NCBI RefSeq assembly: GCF_009914755.1
Contig: NC_060934.1
Length of the DNA stretch: 64,000 nt
Source: the human T2T-CHM13v2.0 reference genome, Homo sapiens
Reading direction: 5' to 3' (one strand)
How positions within the stretch are numbered: the first letter of the stretch is position 1; the number at the start of each line of letters is the position of its first letter. Below are positions 1 through 14,445 of the stretch, piece by piece. The notes under the pieces were generated by a model that was given only the letters and a program-made list of their open reading frames with translations, did not search any database and was not told the origin of the DNA. The translations under genes and the position numbers were made by a program.

Positions 1-169
1 AGGATCACTTCTGCCTAAGTTTAAAAGGAAGAAACTGAGAATACCAGAATTTGCTGGCTAGAATTAGGGACCTCAGAGATCATCTACACCAGTCCCACAT
101 GACAATCGCAGCTCCCATGAAAGCACTGGCTCTGGCTTCCCTGGCCTCTGGTTCTTTCCTTATTATGTT

Positions 170-960
170 CATAGTTTCCTCTATCTCTCTGGTCACATAG
201 AGTGTATTTATAACACTGTTTTCAGGCCTCTGTCTGCTAATTCCATCATCCTTGTCATTTCTGCATTTGTTTCTACTGACTTTTTCCCCTGGTTGGGGGC
301 CATATTTTCTGGCATCTTTGCATGGCTAGTAATTTTTGACTGGATGCTAGACATTGTGATTTTACATTGTTGTGATTAAACACTGCTGTACTTCATTCCA
401 GCATGCAGCAAGTAACTTGAGCTCAGTTTCATTCTCTTGAGTTGGCTTTTAAGTTTTATTACTTACCAGAGTAGCCTTTGGTTTAAAGCTGTGATCTTTT
501 GGAGGACTTTGCCTGATACCCTCTATATTGTGAGGTATTTCCACACTGGCTGGAGGGAACATTGAGTACTGTGTGAGTTTTCTGAATTATTCCAGGCCTG
601 GTACTCTCTGGTGTCCTTTCTGCTGCCAGCCTCACGGAGCTTCACTCCACAGATGCAGAGATCAGCATTCAGACAGAGACTTAGGGTGGCCCTTCTGCAG
701 AACTCTGGTGTTCTCTCTTTGGGTGAGCAGCTCCCTCATCCTGGGTACTCTGACCTGCGAATCCTAGTGACTTCGCTTCTCTGAACTCCATTATCTTTTT
801 CCACCCAGTGAGACTCAGGGTTCAGTTGAGTTCTCCCTCCTGTGCGCAGCCCAAAGCTGCCTCCAGGAAGGAAGCTGGGCAACCACAGGGTGCACCTCAG
901 TTGTTTTACTCCTTTCAGGGATCACAGTCCTGCACCACCTGATGTCCAGCGTAGGAAAAC
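170..960 (-). mobile_element. Old degenerate L1M-like fragment
   Basis: T-rich degenerate sequence resembling an antisense ancient L1. No diagnostic ends seen. Confidence 0.35.
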
Positions 961-1063
961 CATTGTTTCATCCAGAGTCCTTACCTGGGCTAAGCTCTGC
1001 TACCATTATTTCATTAAATCTTCACAACACCCTAGAAGTCACACTATCTTAAAAATGAGGAAA

Positions 1064-1783
1064 TCTTGCCAGTCAGAATGGCAATGATTAAAAAGTCAAG
1101 AAAAAGTAGATGCTGGTGAGGCTGTGGAGAAATAGGAACACTTTTACACTGATGGTGGGAACGTAAATTAGTTCAACCATTGTGGAAGACAGTGTGGCGA
1201 TTCCTCAAGGACCTAGAACCAAAAAATATCATGTGACCCAGTAATCCCATTGCTGGGTATATACCCAAAGGAATAGAAATCATTTTACTATAAAGACACA
1301 TGCACACATAATGTTTATTGCAGCACTATTTACAATAGCAAAGACATGAAACCAACCCAAATGTCCACCAATGAAAGACTGGATAAAGAAAATGTGGTAT
1401 ATACACAACACGGAATACTATGCAGCCATGAAAAGGATGAGATCATGTCCTCTGCAGGGACATGGATGAAGCTGGAAACCATCATCCTCAGCAAACTAAC
1501 ACAGGAAGAGAAAGCCAAACACCACATATTCTCACTCATAAATGGGAGATGAACAATAGGAACACATGGACACGGTGGGGGCCAGACAACACACACACCA
1601 GGACCTGACAGGGGGCCAAGGGGAAGGAGAGCATTAGGACAAATATCTAATGCATGAGGGGCTTAAAACCTAGATGAAAGGTTGACAGGTGCAGCAAACC
1701 ACCATGGCACATGCATACCTATGTAACAAACCTGCACGTTCTGCACGTGTATCCCGCAACTTAAAGTAAAATTAAAAAAAAAA
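1064..1783 (+). mobile_element. 5'-truncated L1PA (PA7/PA8-like): ORF2 end plus 3' UTR, inserted in a MIR-like fragment
   Basis: Typical L1PA 3' end (...aacctgcacgttctgcac...acttaaagtaaaa), A tail, TSD AAAAATGAGGAAA at 1051-1063 and 1779-1791 after a TT/AAAA site. Confidence 0.9.
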
Positions 1784-2617
1784 TGAGGAAACTTAAGAGT
1801 GGCCAGGTAACTGTCTCAGAGTCAGACAACCGCTAAGGTCTTCAACACATTTGTTTCTATGAACTCTCCCTGGCACTGTCCTGGACCCAGAGGCCCAGAT
1901 GTAGAAGGTATGAGAGCATCCAGGCTCCAGGGACAAGGCCTTGCAACCAATATCCAGGCCTCCTTTCACTTCAGAATTCTCCTCCTGCAGATGTCCTGGC
2001 TCCCAGTTCCAGAGCTCCTTTCTTTGTGTACACAGTGTGGGAAGGACTGCTTGGTCTGCATTTATAGTCACCATCACATTTGCCCATAAGGCACACTGAC
2101 GCAGCACACAGCAGTCTCTATTTAACAGCATATTTGCTCAATGAAACTGATTGAAATTTAACACGTAGGGTCTGCCTTAATGATCTTCTTGGAGAATGCT
2201 GAGCAGTGCACCTGGAGTGTGGAGGCAGCGTCCAGGCTATTAGAGTGAAGCCAGTCAAGGTGGCTGCTTCTCAAACTGATTTTTCAATCTCAAGCTCCTC
2301 CTTCCTCCACTTTGACTTTATTTTACCAAGGATTTCAAACATGGAGAAAAAAGTAGAAAGATGAAACACTCATAGACCCATATCTAGACTGAGCAATTTT
2401 GCTTCATCTTGTTTATTCCTGTAGTATTTTAAATAACAAATACAATGACGGTTCACTTCTAAATACTCCAGCATGCAGCTCTAAAATTTAAGGATCTTTT
2501 CCCACCTAACCATAACAACTATTATTATACTTAACAAAATAAAAAAAATACATCATCTAACACCAGTCCATAGTTCAAACCACCTCTTGCCCTTGACATT
2601 TTTTTAGTGTTGGATAA

Positions 2618-2967
<350 letters not shown>

Positions 2968-3107
2968 AAATGTTGTATTTCTTACATCTTTTAAAATCTA
3001 GAACAGCTCTTCTCCACTGGCCCCTTCTTGCTCTATAATATTGACTATTGAAGAGACCAGACTACTACCTGAAAGAATATTCTACCTTCTGGCTTTGTTT
3101 CAGTGTC

Positions 3108-3403
<296 letters not shown>

Positions 3404-4340
3404 TGTTTCACTGTATTTCTTATGGTGTCACTTGTTCCTCAACCTCCTCTATTTCCTGTAAGCACGAAGTTGGGTCTAAAGTCTTGAATATACACTTTTG
3501 GGCTGGGTGGCATTGTGCATTGTGACTACATGCCTGGTCATCCAGTATGATGCCCAGATCTCCCACTGAATCCAAGAGGCAGTGGGCATAGGCCTTGTTC
3601 CTCTCCTTTCAAAGGGCAAAAAATCTGTGGTCAGGCCCCTTTTCCTGCATAAAATCTCCACATCCCTGTTCCATTCTCATCTCTCCCCACCGACTGAGAA
3701 ACATGCCCCATTGACTCACTGTGCCTTCTGGTACCTCCACCAGGCAAGATTTTGCTGAATTTACCTCCTGAATTTGCAGTGCACATGTGTGAAATTTTTT
3801 GGAATTAAAAAAATTAAAACTGTACTTTTCAAGATTTAAAACTGTAATATTGATTGTGTTCTTCATGGCCCCAAAGCAAGATTCTGTTGTATCTTGGAGG
3901 AGGGGGGTCACTACTCTGAAATCCCAGTGATGGGCAGCACTGAGCAACTGAGAGCCTCAGCATTCTTGGGCTTGTTCACACCCACAAGCTTGGCACAGAT
4001 CCAAGTCCTGCAAGATGCCTGGGAGGGCAACTGAGACCTGTGGCCCAGCCACATTGACTCAGGAGGTAAAAATGTCAACAGGCCACAACCTCCAGGGCTC
4101 CTGGAATTGGAGACGAAGCCAGTTCTGAGCTTATGCAACCATAGGACAGTGAGAGAGGACCATGGACTCGATTTAGAGCCACAAGATGAGAGCACTGCTG
4201 GAGCACCGTGGGGATGCTGACAAATCTTCTCAGGGCTTCAAGGACCGTGGCTACAGGTACATCTCAGCCAAACTTGGGCACATGTTGCAATCAAGGGACT
4301 GAAGCTACAACCACCTGGCCCGTGGTCCACCTGGAGTTTT

Positions 4341-4649
4341 GTTTTGTTTGTTTTTGAGATGGAGTCTCACTCTGTCACCCAGGCAGGAGTGCAGCGGTGC
4401 GATCTTGCTTCACTGCAATCTCCACCTCCTGGGTTCAAACAATTCTCCTGCCTCAGCCTCCTGAGTAGCTGGGACTACAGGTATGCGCACCCACGCCCAG
4501 CTAATTTTTGTATTTTTAGTACAGACAGGGTTTCTACTAAAACCCTGGTTGGCCAGGCTGACCTCGAGCTCCTGACCTCAAGTGATCTGCCTGCCTCAGC
4601 CTCCCAAAATGCTGGCTGGGATTACAAGCATGGGCCACTGTGCCCGGCC
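4341..4649 (-). mobile_element. AluS with an internal inverted micro-insertion
   Basis: Antisense Alu. TSD CCACCTGGAGTTTT. Confidence 0.9.
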
Positions 4650-7141
4650 CCACCTGGAGTTTTAAAATTCTGATTTATAAATTTATTATATGACAGTCTA
4701 CCAAAAGTATGCAAATCCGGCACTACACTTATTTATGCATTCAGTGAGTCACCTTTATCTGAGTGCAAGTGGCAACTGTTCTAGAAAATGGGAACCATGA
4801 GGTTATCAAAGAACCTGGAGGTAGGGTCAGATGAGGAAGCACATCATTATGATGTCTTACACATGCAGTCATGTCTCCTCTTATAATCCTAAGACTCACC
4901 TGTGAGATTCCTATTACAGCCCCTAGTTTACATGTAGGAATATCAGAACCCCAAGGTTTAGAAACAGAACGGCCAGAAACAGGAGGAGGATGGCCATGCA
5001 GCTGGGCGTGGCAAGGCCAGGCCTCCCAAGTCTGCATGACTCTTAAGCTCCTGGCCATTCGTTACAGCACGCCATCTCCAATGCAGAATCACACCAACAG
5101 AACTGAAACTGCACATTAAAGAGAAGGCGAGTGTCACCAAAATCTGTTTCCCAGGCTTCTTTGCAGAATTCCAAATTCCTAGCACGACCAATAAGGCCCT
5201 TCTTCTACCTCTGCAGCCTCAATTTATGTCACTTTCCTGTTGTTCCCTATGCTTCGGCCATCCTGGCCTTTCTGTGCTCTGAAGGAGTGGTGCTCCTTCC
5301 TAAACCAGGGCCTTTTCACGTGCTGTTCCCACTCCAGTTCACCTAGCTGGTTTCTGCTTATCCTTAAAGTCTGGGTTTATCTTATTTCCTCAAGGGAGGC
5401 CTCCCTGCTCTGGAGCAGGTCAGGCCACCATGTCCTTTACCGTAGAGCACCCTACTTGTCCTGGACAGCACCTTCACAGATGCTTCTCCTTCAAGGGGTC
5501 AGAGTCACCAGGCCACCACTACAGCGCCTGAGCCCCGGAGGTTTCTGATTTCCACAGAAAGCTTCAAGTGCATGCTGTGTGTGAGTGAGCCTGGCCACTT
5601 CCTCTGTGGGACTTCAGTTCCTTATCAGTAAAACAGAGCCCGTGGCTTTCCATGAATGTGGGGTTGACTTACCAGAATGCTCAGGTCCCACGTTATCCTC
5701 TTGAACGCAGCAGCTTTCCTCTAACCCACGAAAATGGAAAAGCTCCTGTGCCATTCCCAAATACTTATTTAATCTGCATTCTGGGTGGCCCCTAGGGCAG
5801 GTGACGGGCATTCTCTACCGCAGGATGGTGCCCCACCTGGTCCTCCCCAGGCCCTGTGGCCGTCCTGGCCACCTCCCTGTGGGCTCTCCCAGCCCTGCTG
5901 TTCAGCACTGTCCCTACCTCACAGAAGTAGGGACCTCTTTTTCTTACCTTCTTCCTTTTCTTACCTTCGTTCCTCCAATCCCTGATGGTCCCCAGACCTA
6001 CTGTAGTTGTCTCTGTGTCTTCGGAGAGAAGACACCCCATTAATGTGCCATGAAACCAAATTTATTCCATTTAAAGGGCTGCCTTCATTCGGAGGCTTTG
6101 TCCATGTCTTGGTTTTAACCTCTCTTTTCTGAAATTACAGTAAAAATAAATAGGTGTGTGTTGCTTTAACTTTTCCCTTGGAGAAATCTGAAGCCCCCAC
6201 CTTTTACTGTCATGGGAAACACCAGGGCCTGAGAAGAACTCCCACCTCGGGCGAGGATGCCGTTCCTGAGCCCCACGCGTGGCCTGGGCTTTCCTTTCCC
6301 TACTTCTCTCTTCCCCCGACTTCAGCAGATCCTGAGTCCCACAACTATTCTAGCATTAGCTTCTGCAAGCCCAGCTGGGCTGAGGTTTCTGCGGCTGCTT
6401 CCTCTTGGTCTCTCTGGAAAACTCCACTCATTCAGCACCCAAGCAAGAGGTCACCTGTCTGGAACGCACTCCCTCGGCAGCGCTGTGCCACCTCTTTCCA
6501 CCCCATTTGAGTGGCCGGCACTTACCTGTGCTGTTTGTTACCTGACGTGTCCCTTCTCCCACCTACCAGGCAGTTGGTGCGGCGCTCCCAGCACACTCGG
6601 GCAATGAGTGGGCAGGCGCTCAGGTAACGTTTGTCGAATGAATGAATGAGCCACGTGCTCAGGAGGACCCTTTCCAGAGCCTCTGCTGGTTTGTTCTGCT
6701 CCGGGACTCTCCACCAGGGAGAAATCCGAGCTGGGGACCTCGCACCACCAGGCTCCGGCCTAAGCCCGCGCCTTGCAAGCCGCCGGTTTCCTACCTCCCG
6801 TAGAAACCCCCCGTCCGTCCCGCCCCCCTAAGGGCGCACCCCTCTCACGGCGTGAGCGCCAGCCCCGGGAGCTCCAGGAACTCAGGAGAACCCCGCGGGG
6901 GTGCCCGGGTGCGGAGCGCGGGGCTGGGCGCACTGGGACAGAGGAAGGGGAGCCCCGGCGACCGCGGGGTCGGGGCCCAGGGTCCGCGCCGAGGGCGGGC
7001 GCAGAGCCCGCGGCCGTCCCGCCTCCCGCCGGCGCTCCCGGCCTTTCCCATCCGGCCCGCGACGCTCCGCCCGCCCCGTCCCACATGACGCCGCCTCCGC
7101 CGCAAACTTTTTCCTCCCCATCCTGTCGCGGCTCGAAAGGA

Positions 7142-7207
7142 ATGGAAAATGGCGGCCTAGACGCGGAGTTTCCTGCCCGACCCGCGGCGGCTCCGGCGGC
7201 GCCATGA
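7142..7207 (+). other. Candidate uORF (21 aa, MENGGLDAEFPARPAAAPAAP) whose TGA overlaps the DOCK1 ATG
   Basis: ATG at 7142, open to TGA at 7205-7207 (ATGA overlap). Depends on the TSS lying upstream of 7142. Confidence 0.5.
7146..7156 (+). promoter_or_regulatory. YY1 consensus site
   Basis: AAAATGGCGGC matches the YY1 motif typical of TSS-proximal 5' UTRs. Binding not demonstrated. Confidence 0.6.
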
Positions 7208-7249
7208 CGCGCTGGGTGCCCACCAAGCGCGAGGAGAAGTACGGCGTGG
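7204..7249 (+). CDS. DOCK1: DOCK1 (DOCK180, Rac GEF) coding exon 1: 15 codons plus 1 nt, start of the N-terminal SH3 region
   Basis: GCCGCC-like Kozak (ggcgccATGa). Translation MTRWVPTKREEKYGV matches the recalled human DOCK1 N-terminus. Followed by donor G|GTGAGC at 7250. Sits in a CpG island. Confidence 0.96.
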
Positions 7250-7474
7250 GTGAGCAGCGCCGCCGCCGCCGCGCCTCTCGCCCCAAGCCCAGGCTCCGGC
7301 GGGGCGGGTGTGCCGGGCGCCTGTTGCCGCCGCCCCGAGCGGCCGCCGGGCCGGGGAGAGGCGCTTCCGCCCGCGCCCGCGCCGCCGCCCCGCTCGCAAT
7401 GCCCGGCGACCCCGGCCGCCCCGCGCCCCCGGCGGCGTCAGCTCCAGCCCCGGGGATGCGGGTCGGGAACACGA

Positions 7475-7500
7475 GGGGGTGGGGTGGGAATGGGGGCGGG
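7475..7500 (+). other. Canonical G-quadruplex motif near the start of intron 1
   Basis: GGGGG-T-GGGG-T-GGG-AAT-GGGGG-C-GGG. Confidence 0.65.
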
Positions 7501-10500
7501 CGCGTCCCTCCCTAGGGTGTCCCCTCCGACGCCCGCTCCTCTGGACCTCTGCCGTGGAGCCCCCCGGGCTACCCCCAACTCCCCGGCCCCGGCCGCTGCT
7601 ATCTGCGCGGCTGGGCCCGTCAGGGAAGCCCAGGGGTCACTGTCTCGCGGCGGCTTCTGCTTCTTGGATGAACTTGCGTCCCGCGTCCGGGCTCTGGGTG
7701 GGCGGGCTCAGGTCGGCGCGGTCCCAGCGGAGAATTCCGCCCTTTCCCGGCGGGGAGGAGCGGGCGCGACCTGGGTGGCCAGCGCCCCTTGCCCCTCGGC
7801 GGTCTCGCTGGGGACCGTGTGGGACCTTGGAGAGAAGGCGAGCGGCCGAGCGCCCCAGTGGCCCCAGGCCTGGAGACCCTTCCGGGAGAGCGGGGGCCTG
7901 TTTTTGCTCCGCGGCTCTTTGTCGCTTCCGAGGGGGGATGGAAGGAGTCGGGTTGCAAGTTTACATTTCGGACCCGAGTGCGCATTCCTGAGAGGGAGGC
8001 TTTCCCTTGCGGCTGAATAGACGGGCCCGTCCGCGTGGGACCCGCATCCTTGCGCCCCGGGGACCCGCAGCCGGTCGCCGAGGCCTGCGGACGCCCACCT
8101 CTTCCTGATCCGCGCGCCTGGTGTCGGGACTGGGCCGTGGCTACTCTCCTGCTCTCCCGGGTCCGGGATCTTCCCAGTTGGTTTTCGGGCTTGCTATTCC
8201 CCGTCCCACCATCCACAGACATCCTTGACCGCCTGCCTCATCCAGGCCACTCGACTCGACTGGGAAGACCTTTGGTGGTCTCGCCTCCCACAGCCCAGGC
8301 TGTGTCTTCCAAGGGCACCGTCTCAGCAGCAGCCCCGCGCCCATTCTGTGCCTGGCCCGTGCTGGACCTGCCCGACCCTCTGCTGGTGTGGTTCGAATCC
8401 TGGCTCTCTGACTTTTGGGAAGCGCCCTGGCAGCCCTTGTCCCCGGAGCGCTCTCCTTTCTGTGAACAGTTGCTTCTCTCTGCTGTCAATGACTTACAGT
8501 GGGCCCTGACCACGGAGCCCGCTGGACAGTGGTCACGGGGACAGTCCTGGGACAGCCCTGGGTCCTACCGGGCCTGCACTTAGCTTGTTCCACATGCTGG
8601 GAGGCATAGGGGGCCTCCTTGCTTCAGGACCATTATGACTGAGCTTCCTCCCCATCTCCCCATTTTGCAGATGAGGAAACTGAGGCCCAGACACATTCAC
8701 AAAAGTGCAGGAGAGCTCATCTGACTGCAGACTCAGTGTGTAACCTGCACCCTGTGCACCACCTAATGGATTCAGTCTGGGGCACTTGGCACGGGCCTTC
8801 AGTTTGCATCGGAGGCGAGAGGTTCGGGTGGATATTCCACCTGAGAATGCTTGGGTTGTGGCGACAGTGGGGGTCCCTGCGGGGGTAGTGTGTAGAGGAG
8901 AGAGCTGAGGACTGACTCCCAGGGAACCTAGCACCAGCACACGCAGAGAGAGAGGAAGAGGTGGATAGGCAGGAGAGGCAGGAGGCTGGCAGAGGAGCAG
9001 GCATCCCATAGCCCTGGCCCTGCTGAGGAAGCAACTTAGGTGCCCATGGCCAGGGTGCAGTAGTGGCCATTGGGGGTGTAGTGGGGGCCATCGGGGTGCA
9101 GTGGGGGCCATCACTGCTCCCATTCTACAGAGGCAAGGAAGAGGTGGATTGCTTGCCTGAGCTCACATCACCAGTAAGTGGTGCCTCCTGGGTGTGAAGT
9201 GTGGCCGCCCTGGGTTCAGCTGCCACAGTGTCCTGTGCTTGCCTGCAGATGGGGAGGGCTTCTCTTTGGGACGCCACATTTTAAGAGACCTTGTTACCCT
9301 TCGTCTGCCCCCAGAGAGACCTGGATGGTGTCAGTTAGGATCCTATAGTGTAGCTGGATGGTCTGGAGAAGACTGAAAAGAATGTTCGTAGATGGGAGAA
9401 CGGGGTCTCCTTGCTGGGGAGGAGGCTGAGGGCCAGAACAGGGCGGTGCGCTTGAGTCTCACACCTTCCAGAAGCTTCACCAGCGCTCATGGTGGTGACT
9501 TCTAACATCACACCTCTTGCTAATACTTTGGTTTTAAGAAAACTCCATGTTTGATTATTAAGAAAAAATAAATTTAAAAAAGTTAAAAAAAGAAAAAATA
9601 GAAAACTGTTGGAAAATTTTAAAAGGCGAAAAGTATCTGGGATGGTTTTGCCAGGAAATGCTAGGAAAGATGTGAAGGGCTGAAGGTAGAGAAGAGAGTG
9701 GCTGCTGTGCTTCCTCTCACTGGGTGCAGATGACAGCTTGCTGGGTAGACAGTAATGAGACAGCACCACTCCATCGGCATCCAGAGGCACTTTAACCAGA
9801 GTCCCCCATCAGGGAGGGTGGGAGGGGAGCTGAGCATGAGCGCAATGGGGCCATCCCAGGCTCCCCACTTGTCTGCAAGTGTGCAGTGGGAGGATTTTAG
9901 TGGTTCTCACGAAGGATGCTGACTGGGAAGGATGTAGGTGCTGGGATGTAGGGATTTATTGCCAGTAGGTGATTGGCTGTTTCCACCTAAGGGAAAATTA
10001 CTGGAGGACCCCTCCACCATCCTTACCAACTCCAGCATTTTTCGGAGCTTAACAACAGGGCTGTGTTTCCCTGGAGGCGCTCTGGTGGCTCTGTGGGTGG
10101 ACCACACTTCCACTCTGGCCACTTGGCCCATGAACGAATCACGAGGGGTAAGAAAATGATAAAACTCCATCTCATTTGGAAACATGAATCACAGCTTATT
10201 GTTTGCAAGTACTTGGAATCTGTTAGAAGCATTGTTTGTAAATGAGATACTTCAGTTGTATATTTATTTTGTAAAATTGGGAAAGGAGTAAACAGCTGAT
10301 CTGGGGTTCCTTCTGCAAAGGCAGGAAATGCTGGTTCCTCCCAATTCATTCCACTGGGGGCTGCCTGTGAAATTTACCAGCCCGCGTTTCCCCCTTGGTT
10401 TTGAGTTGGTGGGTCATGTTTACAGGCCTGGCATATTAACAGGCATAAACCTTGACTCAGCTGTCACACTGGCCAGATGATCTTTTCTCTCACAGCCCAG

Positions 10501-10637
10501 TAGGCAGTTTTATGTCCCGACGTCAATAAAATTATGTTGCCATGGATCCTGTTCCTAAGATTAGGTGAAAAGATGCAGTATGTTCTAGAATCACACGTGA
10601 GGACCATGTGCTCACTCACTCACATCTCAACAATGGT

Positions 10638-11162
10638 GTTGAAGGCAGAATAATGGTCCCCAAAAAGGTCCACGCCCTAATCCCCAGACTCTGTGAATTC
10701 AATATGTTACATGGCAAAAGGGACTTGGCAGATGTGATTCAGGTTACTTGGAATTCGTAGATGGGAGATTATTCAGGACCATCCACGTGGGCACAGAGAA
10801 CTTTGGCTGTCAAAGTTGTGAAACAGGCAGTCAGAAGATCCTATGTTTGGAAGCACAGTTGCTGGCCCTGAGATGTAGGGGCTCACTTGCAAGGACCAGA
10901 GAGAGGCCTCAGGGAGCTACGGGAGGCCCCTAGCTAATGATCGGCAGTCACAAAGAATTGGATCCTGCCAACACCCTGAATGAGCTTGGAAACAGATTTC
11001 CTCCCCAGGGCCTCCTGCTAAGAGCCCAGCCAGCCAACACCTTGATTTTGAGACCCTGAGCTGCTGGGCGTGTGGCCTGTGGAACTGAGATAATACATTT
11101 GTGTGGTTTTAAGCTGGCTGGGTTGTGGGAATTTGTTACGGCAGCAGTGGAAAACTAATACA
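10638..11162 (+). mobile_element. MaLR LTR (MLT1D/E-like)
   Basis: TG...gcagaataatggtcccc start, ...ttgttacggcagcagtggaaaactaataca end. Confidence 0.75.
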
Positions 11163-12214
11163 GATGATGGGAGAGAAGCTTGCAGGGTGAGGCTCTCTTG
11201 CACCCTTGAGATCTGTTACTAAGTTCATTGAAGGTAGTGAACCCAAGTGTGCTCTTCACTTTGGCCACTTCCAAGTGCAGCTCTCAAATGGGATGGGGCA
11301 TTGGCACTGCTCTTACTCATAATGGGACCCTTGAGCAAATTACTCATACTTTCTTAGCCTTGGTTTTCTCATCTGTGAAGTGGAACCAAGCCTGCTTGCT
11401 GCCGAGTCGTGAGGACTCGCTGAGATGATGTTGGCAGAGAATTTAGCCCTGCGTTTAAGATATGCCAAGTACTCAACGAAGCGTTGCTTTTGTTAACTTT
11501 TTATTTAATAAAGCATAAAGTTTAGAAACATAGTGACAAGTGACTTCTGTGTGCGGTTAACGGGTTGCTGGAAAAATGCCTTTCTTCAAAAGTTGGTTTC
11601 TTGATAGTGTGTTTTGCTTTCTAATTGGGGTAGAAGTCACATTTGCTCAGTGTGAGGAGCCCGACTTGCGTGCCTTCACATTAGCTCTAAGCAATGATAA
11701 TTGCTAGGAATAGTGTGATATCCAAATAAATTTGGGAGCGTGGGGGTTGATGAGAGATCTCTTTTGTTATCTAGAGTAGCAAGCAAGCTGCTACTTTGGG
11801 GAAGAAAAATTAGATTTGATCATAAGTAAATAGAAATGCAGGCATTTTCATTCACTGGAATTGCAGCAAAACCAAATCAGGGCATATTATATTTCTACAA
11901 ACCTGATTTTACTTTGGAAACATAAGAAATTTAAATTTATTTCTATGCCATTGTTTGCCTAGGATACCAGACATCTGATCAGGATTGTCTTAGTGTGTGT
12001 CAATAGTTCTGTCTCTTTATCACCTCTGTGGATGCAGGTAGTGAAATGGGGAGGAAGAAATAGGCCACGTGGTGTCCTTTGCTGGGTGTGGCGCTGACGC
12101 CCCAGGGCCATCGCTGTAGCAAGCGCACACTTGTACGCTGTCCCCACCCTCCTTCCCTCCCTCCCTTTTCCCTTCTTTCTTTTCTTCCTCTCTGTACTTT
12201 GTATTTTCAGATGA

Positions 12215-12960
12215 TTGCATTAAACTTTGTATTTTCAGATAATTATAGCCAAATGCGGGTGTAAAATATAATTCAGGGAGATCGTGAGTAGCCATTACTA
12301 GTTTCACCTAAGGTTACGTCTTGTAAAGCTGTAGTACAGCATCACGACTGGGATATTGACATCGATAGTCAAGGTACAGAACATTTCCAGCACCACAAGC
12401 ACCACGCCTACCTCCCTCCACGCCTTTCTCCCCTCAAATCCTGGCCACCCTTTGCCTGTTCTGTGTTTTTATAATATTGTCCTTTAAAGAGTGTTCCGTT
12501 AGTGAAATTGCATAGGAGGTAAGCTTTCGGGATTGGCTTTTTTCACTCAGTATCTCTCTCTGGATATTCATCCGGGTGTTGCTTCTTTTCTTTGCTGAGT
12601 ATCATTTCATGGTCTGGATATGCCCCAGATTAACTGTTCACCTGTCGAAGGACATCTGAGTTTGGCTGTGACAAATACAGCTGCTGTCAACAAGCACATA
12701 CAGGTTTTAGTGTGAACCTAAGTCTTCATTTTCTGGGATAAATGCCCAGGAGTGCAGAGGCTGAGTCGTCTGGTAGTTGGATGTTTAGCTTTTTAAGAAA
12801 CTGCCAAACTTTCCTGGAGTAACTGTGCCAGTTCACATTCTCACCAGCAGCGTATATGTGATTGTAGATTTCTCGGAATCCTTGCCATCATTTGTCACCG
12901 TCCTTATTGCTTGTGTAGGTGTGTAGTTGTCTGTCATTGTGGTTGGAGTTTGCATTTGCC
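12215..12960 (-). mobile_element. Old L1M 3' fragment
   Basis: Antisense L1 motifs (gggataaatgcccaggagtg, aaactgccaaact, cacattctcaccagca). Confidence 0.7.
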
Positions 12961-13831
12961 TTGGTTTCATTTGGGAGCCAGCGTGCAGCTCCCTGTGCTG
13001 CTGCGGTACAGGAGAAGGCAGCCCACCCAGGGGGTGCTGGTGGGAGCGCTGTATGAGCGGGTCCACTGAGCTGTGAAATTGTCGAGTGTATTCAGGGAAG
13101 GACTTTGATCCAGTTTGAAGAGACATCATGGAGTGGAAGGCTGACCGGGCACATGCACCAGTGTGGAGACCACGGTTAACACCAGGTGGTCGCTTGTCAA
13201 GATGCGGTTGTCAAGATGTTCACTTTTCAAACCCTTCAGTGCATCCGGAAGGCCTTCAGGGAGGAAATGAGGAGGCGCCCGAGGAGGGGTCAGAGTTTGA
13301 GTTTTAGCCCTGACAAGGCCACTGTTCATGCATATGACCCAGGGTGAGTGTTTGAACCTCTTCCAGCCTGGTTTCTGCGTTTTTAAGCAGCGATGTTCTG
13401 GATGGTACTGTGGGCTTTGCTTCACTGAGGTTGGGCTGATGGGAGTTGACAGGAACTAATTAATGTATCTTAAGGCAGTTTGGAAACATTGTTATGCAAA
13501 TGGATTGCATTTGCCATCAGCCACTGTTCCTCAATTTGCTTTTATTGATATGATGGGAAGTGCTTTGGAGCTGACGTTGAAATCACAGTGTGGAATTTGT
13601 GTGTTAGTTGACTGGAGCTACCATGACAAAGGACCACAAGACAGGGTGGCTTAACCAACAGGACTGTGTTTCTTCACAATTCTGTAATGCCGGAGTCAAG
13701 GTGTTTTGGTGGTTGGTTTCTTCTGAGACCTCTCTCCTTGGGTTACAGACAGCTGTCTTCACCCTGTCTTCATAGGGTCTTCCTTCGGTGTGTGTCAGTG
13801 TCCTCATTTCCTCTTCTTACAAGGCCACTAT

Positions 13832-14127
<296 letters not shown>

Positions 14128-14128
14128 G

Positions 14129-14445
<317 letters not shown>

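Larger units (their letters stand above)
6750..8350. promoter_or_regulatory. CpG-island promoter of DOCK1
   Basis: Very high GC and CpG density, GC boxes (GGGCGG/CCGCCC at ~6992 and ~7067), E-box CACATG at 7082-7087 and no obvious TATA box. Edges approximate. Confidence 0.9.

Noticed and set aside
1330-1596. ORFs in the L1 fragment (also 38885-39752)
   Set aside because: Decayed, truncated L1 ORF2/3' UTR or antisense L1 with stops. Not an autonomous element.
6646-8583. Many overlapping 100-256 aa ORFs on both strands
   Set aside because: Stop-poor GC-rich CpG island giving Pro/Arg/Gly/Ala low-complexity translations. Only 7204-7249 matches a known protein; the 7142-7207 frame is treated separately as a candidate uORF.
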